Source: Candidatus Eiseniibacteriota bacterium (lineage in GTDB: Bacteria; Eisenbacteria; RBG-16-71-46; CAVPCR01). Taken from it: a DNA stretch of 64,000 bases. Position numbers and translations under genes: made by a program. The stretch is from positions 2,112,001-2,176,000 of the forward strand of contig CAWGMA010000001.1 of NCBI GenBank assembly GCA_963823555.1, in the 5' to 3' direction. Within the stretch, counting starts at the first letter, position 1. Each line of letters starts with the position of its first letter. Positions 43,921 to 58,524 of the stretch are shown here, piece by piece. A model generated the notes under the pieces. The model was not told the DNA's origin. It did not search any database and worked only from the letters and a program-made list of their open reading frames with translations.

Positions 43921-46185
43921 TCCGACGTGAGGATGCTCTCGACTACCACGCGCCGACCGACCCGGCAAGATCGAGCTCCGCGCGACCAAGCCCTGCCTCA
44001 CGCCGCGCGAGATGCGCCTGGCCTACCTGCCGGGAGCGGCCTTCCCGGGCGAGGAGATCGCGAGGACCGCGCCGCCGTCCTTCCGCTACACGTCGCGGGG
44101 CAACCTGGTCGGCGTCATCACCAACGGCACGGCGGTGCCCGGCCTCGGCAACGTCGGGCCGGACGCGGCCAAGCCGATGCAGGAGGGGATCGCCGTCCTC
44201 TTCAAGCGGCTCGCCGACATCGACGTCTTCGACCTCGAGCTGGACACGACCGACCCCGATCGTCTCGATCGAGACCGTCCGCCTGCTCGAGCCGACCTTC
44301 GGCGGGATCAACCTCAAGGACATCCGCGCGCCCGAGGGGCTCTGAACATCTACGACCGGCTGCGCGAGTGCCTCGACATCCCGGTCTTCCACGAGAACCT
44401 CTACAGCACGGCCGTGGTGGCCGCCGCCGCGCTCCTCAACGCGCTCGATCTGGTGGACAAGCGGATCGATGAGGTTCGCGTCGTCATCTGCGGCGCCGGC
44501 ACCGTCGGCATCGGCTGCGCCCGCCTGCTCCTCGGCCTCGGGGTCACGCCGGACAACCTCCTCATCTACGACGTCCACGGCCTGATCCACCCCGACCGCG
44601 ACGACCTGCACGATTACCAGCGCGCGCTTCGCCCGGGAGGAGTCCGGCGCGCCAGCTGGCCGAGGGCCTGCGGGGAGCGGACGTCTTCCTCGGCGCCTCG
44701 GCCGGCGGGGTCTTCACCCAGGAGATGATCCGCTCGATGAGCCGCTTTCCCGTCGTGTTCGCCCTGGCCACGCCCGAGCCGGAGATCGGCTACGAGGCCG
44801 CGCGCGCCAGCCGGCGGGACGTGATCGTCGCCACCAGCCTCGATCGAGCACCCCAACGCCGTCGTCGATCTGCTGAGCTTCCCCTACATCTTCCGCGGCG
44901 CCCTCGACGTCCAGGCCACGCGAATCACCGAGGGCATGATGATCGCCGCGGCGCGCGCTCTGGCCGATCTGGCCCGCGAGGACGTGGTCGAGGAGGTGGA
45001 GCGGGCCTACGGCTACGAGCAGCTTCAGCTTCGGGCCCGAGTACCTGCTGCCCAAGCCGATCGACCCGCGCATCCTGGTGCGGGAGTCGGCGGCCGTCGC
45101 CGCAGCAGGCGATCGAGGAAGGCGTGGCCCGGCGTCCGCTGGACCGGAGACCTACGAGGAGAGCCTGACGGTCCGCCTCGGCACCGGCCGGGAGACGATG
45201 CGCGGGATGATCCTGACGGCGCGCCAGGAGAAGCCCCGCGTCGTCTTCTCCGAGGGCAGCGAGCGAGACGATCCTCCGCGCCTGCGCGCATCCTGGTCGA
45301 CGAGGGGATCGCGAGCCCGATGCTGCTGGGGCGCGAGGAGGAGATCCGGGCCGTGATCGACCGGCTGCGGCTCGACCTGAGCGGGTTCCGATCGTCGATC
45401 CGGCGCGGAGCCCGCGCCTCGAGACCTACGTCGAGGAGTACTTCCGCCTGCGCCGCCGCCGGGGCGTGATGCGGCAGCCGCGGCGCCGCAGCGGCTGCTC
45501 CAGCCCGACTACTTCGCCGCGATGATGCTCCACACCGGCGACGCCGACATGATGATCGCCGGCGCCTCGACGCACTACGTCGAGACGCTGCGGACCATCC
45601 TCGAGGTCATCGGCCCGGCCCCGGGCATCGGGCGTATCTCGAGCCACTACCTGGTGCTGCTGCCCCAGGGACGTGATCATCCTGGCCGACTGCGCCGTGA
45701 ACATCGAACCCGAGCGCCGAAGAGCTGGCCGAGATCGCGCTGCTGGCCGCGCGCACCGCGCGCTCGCTGGGCATCGAGCCCCGGGTGGCCATGCTCTCCT
45801 TCTCCAACTTCGGCAGCGTCGACCACCCTTCGCCCGGGAAGGTGCGCCGCGCCACCGAGATCGCCAAGCAAGCGCGCCCCGGATCTGGTCAGTCGACGGC
45901 GAGATGCAGCTCGCCACCGCTCTCGACAGCGCGCTGCGCCGGAGTACTTCCCCTTCTCCGAGCTCGAGGAGGACGCCAACGTGCTGGTCTTCCCCGACCT
46001 GCAGTCGGGGAATCTCGCCCTCCACCTCCTGCAGCACGTGGGCGCCGGCCGTCCTGATCGGACCGGTGCTGATGGGCACTCGCCTGCCGGCTCACGTCCT
46101 CCAGTACGGAGCCACGGCGGAGGAGGTGGTGAACCTCACGACGATCGGGATCGTGGAGGCCTCGGCGCTCAGGCGCGCGGGATAG
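43917..46185 (+). CDS. MaeB-like malic enzyme-phosphotransacetylase fusion with degenerate catalytic motifs (many frameshifts)
   Basis: [51 protein letters not shown]-domain [20 protein letters not shown] and [16 protein letters not shown] overlap with the upstream gene. Confidence 0.88.
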
Positions 46186-46279
46186 GGGGTCCGCAGCAAG
46201 ACCCGGTGCGAGGATCTCAAGTCTTGATTGAAGATCTGGCCTATCCAGAAGGTCATCGTGCCGTCCGGCCCTAAACAAA

Positions 46280-46329
46280 GCGGCGGGCGACCGCATGCGC
46301 TTAAGGTTGCGCCTCCGGCCGCCCGCCGC
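46280..46329. terminator. GC-rich inverted repeat between convergent genes
   Basis: GCGGCGGGCGACCG ... CGGCCGCCCGCCGC (one mismatch, ~22-nt loop). Confidence 0.35.
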
Positions 46330-46353
46330 GTGCAATGTGAAAGGAACGGGGAC

Positions 46354-47226
46354 TCAGCGCTGGCGCAACCGCGCCTTGACCGCACCCCAGGTTGTTGACT
46401 CGACGGCCGTCGCCCCCGAGACCTCGAGCACAAAATCATCCGTCCACGAGTCGTCGGGGGTGGGCGCCCCACCGCCGAAGCCGCAGACATGGCAGCCGGT
46501 GATCAGATCGTTCGGCCGCCGGAGCGATGTAAAGTCCTCGAAAGTCCAGGTGTCATTGGCATTGGGGAAGGCAACCCCGACCGATACTCCGCTGTTCTGG
46601 TGAAAGATGATGACCTGGGCGATCCCGAAATCATCGATCTGTCGCAGCCAGAAGGTGAAGGCGGTCACCTCGTCGGAGTCGATGGGGGGATTGAAGTTCT
46701 GGCGGAGACAGAGCCCGCCACCACCCGAACCACCGGTGTCATACGCGTCGTAGGTACCCGTATGCGGCACCGTCGTCGACACCGACCATGTCGTCGGAAT
46801 CCACCCCGCCATGGTGCCAGACTCGAACCCGGGGTTGACGATGGCGTTGACGAGGATCGGGGGACCGCCCGGCATGCCGTCGGGCGTGGGCTCGGCAATG
46901 GTGAACGCACTGGCGGCGGTCACGATTGTCTCGCCCTGCGTGATGACGACATCCCGCAGGCCAAGCGTTGCCGTGAAATCAACGGCCGCGCGAATCTCGA
47001 GGAGCTCGGGGGCCAGAACCGAGATCTCCCGGGTCGTAATCCCAGCCCCCAGCGTCACGGTGACGCCTGGCGTCCAGGCCGTTCCAGGAGTGTAGATGTG
47101 CACGATCGGGGACTCACCGCGTCCGGCGCCTGACGGGCTCAGCGTGAGAGCATGAGCGGGCCCAACCATGGCCAGGGCGATGAGAACGACGACCGCAACG
47201 AGAAAGGAAACGCTACGATGGAACAT
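46354..47226 (-). CDS. Secreted protein (Ig/IPT-like + CBM-like domains) with C-terminal TAVESTTWGAVK tail
   Basis: Signal peptide (AHA), A.LG.RDV.I and NPGFESG...W motifs, GGAGGAAG RBS. Confidence 0.8.
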   Translation of the reverse strand: MFHRSVSFLVAVVVLIALAMVGPAHALTLSPSGAGRGESPIVHIYTPGTAWTPGVTVTLGAGITTREISVLAPELLEIRAAVDFTATLGLRDVVITQGETIVTAASAFTIAEPTPDGMPGGPPILVNAIVNPGFESGTMAGWIPTTWSVSTTVPHTGTYDAYDTGGSGGGGLCLRQNFNPPIDSDEVTAFTFWLRQIDDFGIAQVIIFHQNSGVSVGVAFPNANDTWTFEDFTSLRRPNDLITGCHVCGFGGGAPTPDDSWTDDFVLEVSGATAVESTTWGAVKARLRQR

Positions 47227-47336
47227 GGGGATCTTCCTCCAATGGTGATTGGATTCCGTTCCGATCGCGGAAGACCCTCATCATACCACGATGAGCAGGG
47301 CTGGCCCACTGGCCGCGCCGCCGTCCAGACCGCGGC

Positions 47337-47615
47337 TCAATCCGGCGTGTACTCGCGCAGGCGGTCGGCGAGCCTTTGCGCCTCGAGCTCCTCGCCCGCA
47401 TTCAGGCGCCCGAGCCACTCCTCGATGATCGCCTTCGCCTCCTGCTTCCGCCAGCTGCGCAGGAACCCATCGAGATAGTGCTCGCCGGCGAGCGCCCGGT
47501 TGATCTCGGTCTCGCGGGTGTGGTCGTTGAGTTCGGTGAAGTACACGACCTTGAAGCGGCGGTTGAACTCCGCCTCGCGGTAGATCTCGAACATCACCTT
47601 CTCGCCGGCGAGCAT
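47337..47615 (-). CDS. Small conserved hypothetical protein, last gene of the activase operon
   Basis: MLAGEKVMFEIYRE...VVYFTELNDH..E.EINRALAGEH..DGF. GGAGGGAG RBS about 14 nt after the upstream stop. Confidence 0.75.
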   Translation of the reverse strand: MLAGEKVMFEIYREAEFNRRFKVVYFTELNDHTRETEINRALAGEHYLDGFLRSWRKQEAKAIIEEWLGRLNAGEELEAQRLADRLREYTPD

Positions 47616-47628
47616 CGTTCTCCCTCCG

Positions 47629-53168
<5,540 letters not shown>

Positions 53169-53366
53169 GATCTTGCCTCTGGACGGCGCCGGCCAGCCGG
53201 CGCCCGGGGCCATGGGTCACGTGTCTCCACCTTGCTGCGGCTTAAAGCCTGGGTAGGCGGGGTCACGCCGGAACGGACCAGAAACGCTCGTCCCCGAGCG
53301 CGGATTCCCTCCCTCGATCCGGAACGGTTGGGGGGTTGGAGTTGCTGCGGGGCCGGGCCTGTGATC

Positions 53367-55256
53367 CTAGCCGCCGCATCCTCCGCCACATGAACTCGAT
53401 CCGCCGGCGGGCAGATCGTCATCCCCGGTCGTGCCCTCGATGCGGGGCAGCGCGGCCGGGTGCTCGCGCCGGGCCGACGACGCGGCCGGTGCCGAATCCG
53501 AGATCACCGGGAAGACCTCGTCCGGCCTGCCATGCCCGTTCCCGTTCCCGTTGCCATTGCCGTGGCCGTCGTCCTGGCCCCGGCCACCATCGGAACGCGA
53601 AACCCGCCGCTTCGGGATCCCGACCACGTCGCCATGCTGGGCGCGGTAGTCCTCGATCTCGATGCGGTAGTCGTGCTCGATCTTCTCGCGGAACGTAGGA
53701 CCCGAGTTGTAGGCGCAGAAGGGGTAGACCTTGCCGTCGGGCGCGGAATAGTGGATCACGCAACGCTGGACGCGATCGATCTCGTAATTGTAGGAATCCT
53801 GGAAGTGCATCCCTGCGACCATCAGCGTCTTGAACGTGTACGTGCCGTCGCCTTCACCACGACCCCGCTCCTTGTCGAAGAAGCCCTCGAGAGTCTGCAG
53901 GAAGCGACGGAAGCTCAGGCCGACCGGCGCCCTCTCGGCGCGGAAATACTTGTGCGCCGAGTTGAAGGCCGCGATCTTGGAGAAGGTCTTGATCCGGGCC
54001 CGCTCGGTCTTCTTGGCCAGGTTGTTGAACTCGGTCAGCATCTTCTCGACGTCGATGAACTGAGTGATCGGTGTTGCCTTGCCGTTCTGACCGACGAACA
54101 GGTAGGTGCCCACGCTGCAGTGCGGGTGACAGGTCAGGTGGGTCGTCTTCTCGCCCCTGAGCGCGCTCACGAGCCGCGAGACCGGAGTGGTGCACGGTGT
54201 CGGGTACCAGTCATCGAGCGTGGTGAACCCGGTCTGCTCGCCGATGTCCATCGCCAGATCGGCGAGCGTGTAGCGCATCGCTTCGCGCTTCTTCTGCGCG
54301 ATGCGTCCGGTGAAGGCCACCGGCTGGTAGCTGATGCCCGAGATGACATCGATGTTCTCGATGGCGTAGCGGAGAATATCGCCCACCTGGTGGTCGTTCA
54401 CGCCGCGGCAGATGGTGGGCACGAGAACGATCTTGAGTCCGGCCTCGCGCACGCGCTGGACCGCCCGTTGCTTCATCTCCCAGACCGCCTCGCCGCGCGT
54501 CCGCCGGTAAACATCGTCGGACACACCATCGAACTGCAGGTAGAGAGTGTGAAGCCCGGCCGCCTTCGCGCGCTCGGCCAATCCGGGCACGTTGGCGAAG
54601 GTCTTGCCGTTGGTGGCGACCTGCACGTGGCTGAAGCCGACTTCCTTCGCCGCCGCCACGGCCTCCACGAACCAGGGATAGATGGTCGGCTCACCGCCCG
54701 AGAACTGGACGACGCGCGCCGCCACCGGGCGCATGTCGCGAAGCTGCTGGAGCATCTGCCGGATCTGATCGAGCGGCGGCTCGTAGATGTACCCCGCCTG
54801 GTTGGCGTTGGCGAAGCAAACCGGGCATGTCATGTCGCAGCGGTTGGTGAGATCGACGTTGGCGAGACCGGTGTGCGATGTGTGCATCTGACACACGCCG
54901 CAATCGTCCGGGCACGACACCGCGTCCGGAACGGCCGGATTGGCGATCCCCTCTCCCTCCTCGAAGGTCCAGTTCTCGAGCTTCAGGTAGAGCTCGACGT
55001 TCGAGAAGACGATCTCCTTCACGTCGCCGTGCTCGGGGCAGGTCTTTCCCATCCAGACCTTGCCGTCCTCGGCGAACAGCTGCCCGGGAACGGCTCGCTG
55101 GCACTCCGGGCACAGGCTCCTGGTCGGGCGCGGGAGACCCCGGGCCCGGGGCGGCAGCGCGAAGCCCGATGAAAGCCGATGCCAATCGGGACCCGGCTTG
55201 AGTCCCGGGGGCGCCGCCGGCTTGGGAATCGAGACAGGTTCGGTCGTCGCAGTCAT
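53367..55256 (-). CDS. Radical SAM enzyme of the tetraether synthase (Tes/GDGT-MAS, MJ0619) family
   Basis: TRSLCPEC...KTCPEHG, CPDDCGVCQMH, NRCDMTCPVCFA, QFSGGEPT, YLQFDG, GVND, QPVAFTGR, CHPHC, GMHFQD.YN, RCVIHY...G...PFCAYN. Confidence 0.88.
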   Translation of the reverse strand: MTATTEPVSIPKPAAPPGLKPGPDWHRLSSGFALPPRARGLPRPTRSLCPECQRAVPGQLFAEDGKVWMGKTCPEHGDVKEIVFSNVELYLKLENWTFEEGEGIANPAVPDAVSCPDDCGVCQMHTSHTGLANVDLTNRCDMTCPVCFANANQAGYIYEPPLDQIRQMLQQLRDMRPVAARVVQFSGGEPTIYPWFVEAVAAAKEVGFSHVQVATNGKTFANVPGLAERAKAAGLHTLYLQFDGVSDDVYRRTRGEAVWEMKQRAVQRVREAGLKIVLVPTICRGVNDHQVGDILRYAIENIDVISGISYQPVAFTGRIAQKKREAMRYTLADLAMDIGEQTGFTTLDDWYPTPCTTPVSRLVSALRGEKTTHLTCHPHCSVGTYLFVGQNGKATPITQFIDVEKMLTEFNNLAKKTERARIKTFSKIAAFNSAHKYFRAERAPVGLSFRRFLQTLEGFFDKERGRGEGDGTYTFKTLMVAGMHFQDSYNYEIDRVQRCVIHYSAPDGKVYPFCAYNSGPTFREKIEHDYRIEIEDYRAQHGDVVGIPKRRVSRSDGGRGQDDGHGNGNGNGNGHGRPDEVFPVISDSAPAASSARREHPAALPRIEGTTGDDDLPAGGSSSCGGGCGG

Positions 55257-55636
55257 CGGATGGTCTCCCTCCGCGCGCGATTCGGGGAAAGGCCCGCGAC
55301 CTTTCCCACCTCATGGGTCCCCTTATCCGTCCAATCTGCTTTCCCCGCAACGGGTTGTGCCCGAAACGCCGAAATCCGGAGGTGAGTGGTCGGAGGGCCC
55401 AGCGAGCGGACGCCTGCCATGGCCACGTGAGGGTCGCGACGGGGCATCCCCGGCGGCGGCGAGGCCGGGTGAGGCCGGATTCGTCGGGGCCTCGTGTACT
55501 CCGGGGGAGGAGCGGCAGGAGCCCGCGGGGACACTCATCTGCTACACTGTTGAGCTCGATTGCTCTGTTCGTGGCCGCAACGGGGGGCGCGCCCCACGGT
55601 GTGCCCGGAACCAGGCCCCCGAGGCAAGATAACTGC

Positions 55637-56068
55637 ATGGAAGCCAAGATCTTCACAGTGGCCGAGGCCAACAATGCCCTGCAGCGTGTCGTGAAGCCGA
55701 CCATGCAACGGCTCACCGCGCGCATCGCCGCCCTCGATGCGCTCAAGACCGAGACCGAGGTGCTCGAGGTCGTCGTCGACTCCGGCGCCTCCGAGACCAA
55801 CCCCGATCGTGTCCAGCTCAAGTTGCTCGAGCAACGCGAACGGCGGATCCAGACCGAGATCCGCGACTCGATCGAGACCATTCAGGCCGCCGGCGGGGTC
55901 ATCAAGGATCCCCGCGCCGGCCTCGTCGACTTCTTCTCGATCTACGACGGCCGGCTGGTCTGCCTGTGCTGGAAGATCGGCGAGGATCGCATCCGGTTCT
56001 GGCACACGGTCGAGGAGGGCTTTCGCGGCCGGCGCCCGCTCGGAGTGCGCGCGCCGCGAGAGGAATAG
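55637..56068 (+). CDS. DUF2203 family protein
   Basis: FTVAEAN..L, G..IKD...GLVDF and LCWK.GE..I.FWH..EEGF.GRRP. Confidence 0.9.
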   Translation: MEAKIFTVAEANNALQRVVKPTMQRLTARIAALDALKTETEVLEVVVDSGASETNPDRVQLKLLEQRERRIQTEIRDSIETIQAAGGVIKDPRAGLVDFFSIYDGRLVCLCWKIGEDRIRFWHTVEEGFRGRRPLGVRAPREE

Positions 56069-56102
56069 CAGGCGTCGCCGTCGAGAGCGCGGCAACTGGT
56101 CC

Positions 56103-56127
56103 CGGCCCGGTGCGACGCACCGGGCCG
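56103..56127. repeat. Perfect inverted repeat downstream of DUF2203 (terminator or operator)
   Basis: CGGCCCGGTGCG-A-CGCACCGGGCCG. Confidence 0.5.
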
Positions 56128-56304
56128 CATCGTTTGCCGCCGGTTCTCTGCCGCTTCGCGAACGAGCCGCCGCGGAGTGACCACACTCCGGACCCGCAGC
56201 CGCGGCTTGCATGCATTAATGGACTAACCTATCTTCATATCCTCTATCCGAGGTCCCGGGTCCTCTTCGTCCCACCTGGGCTCATTCTCGCAGGGAGGCG
56301 AATC

Positions 56305-57384
56305 TTGCAAATCACCGGCTGGGTTGCCGACAAGCCGGGCGCGCCGATGCACCGCTGGGAACGCGAGGCCACACCCGGCCCGCATGAGGTCCTGGTCGAG
56401 GTTGCCGGCTGCGGCGTCTGTCATACGGATCTTGGTTTCTACTACGACGGCGTTCCGACACGACACCCCTTCCCCTTGATTCTCGGTCACGAGGTGAGCG
56501 GCACCGTGGTCGAGGCCGGCCCTGGCAGCGAGTCGTGGGTCGGACGCGACGTGGTCGTCCCCGCCGTGATCCCTTGCGGCCAGTGCGCTGCGTGCGCCGC
56601 CGGTCAGGGCTCCATCTGTCCGCAGCAGATCTTCCCCGGCTGCGACGTGCACGGCGGCTTTGCGACCCACCTCGTGGTGCCGGCCAACGGGCTCTGCGCC
56701 GTGCCCGACCTCGCCGATCCGGCTCACAACCCGCAGGGGCTCGATCTCGCCACGCTCTCCGTCATCGCCGACGCGGTCTCGACGCCCTATCAGTCCATTG
56801 TTCGCAGCGGTCTCGAAGCCGGAGATCTCGCCCTCTTCGTCGGGGCCGGCGGGGTCGGCGGCTTCGGGGTGCAGATTGCCGCCGCCATGGGGGCCGCGGT
56901 CGCCGCGATCGACGTGGATCCGGCCCGTCTCGAGCTCATCGGCCGTCACGGCGCCGCGCTGACGCTCAACGCGGCCGAGCAAGATTTCAAGTCTATCCGC
57001 AATAGCTTGCGGGCCTTCGCCAAGGAACGGAAGATCCCGACCTGGCGGCAGAAGGTGTTCGAAACCTCGGGAACGGCGCGCGGCCAGGAGACCGCCTTCG
57101 GCCTCCTCGGCCACGGCGGCTATCTCGGCGTCGTCGGCTTCACATCCGACAAGGTCGAGCTCCGACTCTCCAACCTGATGGCCTTCGATGCCACGGCTCA
57201 GGGCAACTGGGGCTGCGTGCCGGAGCACTACCCGGCCATCGTCGATCTCGTGCTTGCGGGCAAGGTCGCGTTGACCCCGTTCGTCGAGCAGCGCTCGATG
57301 TCCACGATCAACGAAGCATTCACCGCGTTGCATGCCCGGCGCGTCACGCGCCGCCTCATCCTCATTCCGGAGGAGACGAAGTGA
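56305..57384 (+). CDS. had: 6-hydroxycyclohex-1-ene-1-carbonyl-CoA dehydrogenase
   Basis: Zn-ADH motifs GCGVCHTD, GHE and CGQCAAC, plus RLSNLMAFDA.A.GNWGC. TTG start after GGAGG. Operon context. Confidence 0.9.
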   Translation: MQITGWVADKPGAPMHRWEREATPGPHEVLVEVAGCGVCHTDLGFYYDGVPTRHPFPLILGHEVSGTVVEAGPGSESWVGRDVVVPAVIPCGQCAACAAGQGSICPQQIFPGCDVHGGFATHLVVPANGLCAVPDLADPAHNPQGLDLATLSVIADAVSTPYQSIVRSGLEAGDLALFVGAGGVGGFGVQIAAAMGAAVAAIDVDPARLELIGRHGAALTLNAAEQDFKSIRNSLRAFAKERKIPTWRQKVFETSGTARGQETAFGLLGHGGYLGVVGFTSDKVELRLSNLMAFDATAQGNWGCVPEHYPAIVDLVLAGKVALTPFVEQRSMSTINEAFTALHARRVTRRLILIPEETK

Positions 57385-58493
57385 TGGAACTCAAGGACCA
57401 CCATCTCGCCCCGCCTGCCGCGCACCCCGGCGTGCTCTACGAGGAGCGGCCGCTCCTGGATCTCGAGGGACGCGCCGTCCCCGGCCTGCACACGGTCTGG
57501 ATCACGCTCGACAACCCGCGCCAGCTCAACTCCTATACCACCGACATGGTGAAAGGCGTGATCCTCGGCATGCGCCGGGCCTCGAACGACCGCGCCTGTA
57601 TCGCCGTGGTGTTCACGGGCAGCGGCAACCGGGCCTTCTGCACCGGCGGCAACACCGCCGAGTACGCCGAGTACTACGCCGGCCGACCCGAGGAATACCG
57701 CCAGTACATGCGGCTGTTCAACGACATGGTGAGCGGCATCCTCTCCTGCGACAAGCCGGTCATCTGTCGCGTCAACGGCATGCGGATCGCAGGCGGGCAG
57801 GAGATCGGGATGGCATGCGACTTCTCCGTGACCCAGGATCTGGCCCTCTTCGGTCAGGCCGGCCCGCGTCACGGCTCGGCGCCGGACGGCGGCTCGACCG
57901 ACTTCCTGCCGCTCTTCGTCGGCATCGAGGCCGCCATGGAGAGCTGCACCCTGTGCGAACCATGGAGCGCGCACAAGGCCTTCCGGCTCGGCCTCGTCAC
58001 CCGGGTGGTGCCCGCGCTCAAGGTCGACGGCCGCTTCATTCCCAATCCGCTCGTCATCACCGATCGCTGGGTCGGAGACGAAGGCCAGATCGTCTACGGG
58101 GAAACGCGACCGGGCCAGGAGCGAGCGGAGGGCAAGGCGCTCCTCGAGCGCGGCGAGGTCGATCTCAAGCGTCTCGACCGCACCATCGACGAGTTCGTGT
58201 GGAAGCTGGCCCATACCATGCCCGGCTGTCTCACCAAGACGATCGAGAGCGTGCGCAAGCACAAGCTCGAGCACTGGGATCGCAACAAGGAATCGAACCG
58301 CGCCTGGCTCGGTCTCAACATGATGACCGAAGGGCGAGCCGGCTTCCGTGCCTTCCATGAAGGATCGCGCGAATGCCGGGAGGCCGACTTCCTGCTCCTC
58401 CGCCGCCGTCTCGCCGAGGGCAAGATGTGGGGCGAAGAGCTCACGGCCGAGATCCTCGCCCGGGCGCACGGCAAGACGCCGGCGAACGCGTAG
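57381..58493 (+). CDS. oah: 6-oxocyclohex-1-ene-1-carbonyl-CoA hydrolase
   Basis: LDNPRQLNSYTT, AFCTGGNT.EYAEYY, QAGPRHGSAPDGGSTDFL and WLGLNMMTE. Confidence 0.95.
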   Translation: MMELKDHHLAPPAAHPGVLYEERPLLDLEGRAVPGLHTVWITLDNPRQLNSYTTDMVKGVILGMRRASNDRACIAVVFTGSGNRAFCTGGNTAEYAEYYAGRPEEYRQYMRLFNDMVSGILSCDKPVICRVNGMRIAGGQEIGMACDFSVTQDLALFGQAGPRHGSAPDGGSTDFLPLFVGIEAAMESCTLCEPWSAHKAFRLGLVTRVVPALKVDGRFIPNPLVITDRWVGDEGQIVYGETRPGQERAEGKALLERGEVDLKRLDRTIDEFVWKLAHTMPGCLTKTIESVRKHKLEHWDRNKESNRAWLGLNMMTEGRAGFRAFHEGSRECREADFLLLRRRLAEGKMWGEELTAEILARAHGKTPANA

Positions 58494-58524
58494 CCCTGCA
58501 GCGACAGGAGGCAGGAGGAAGGTC

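Noticed and set aside
53367..55256. Annotation as a methanopterin dimethyltransferase or MoaA
   Set aside because: The MJ0619 family was reassigned as GDGT-MAS/Tes. MoaA-specific C-terminal motifs are absent and the lipid-gene context fits better.
55347..55362. Sigma-54 promoter for the tes-like gene (GGCACAACCCGTTGC on minus strand)
   Set aside because: The GG-GC spacing is 11 nt rather than the strict 10.
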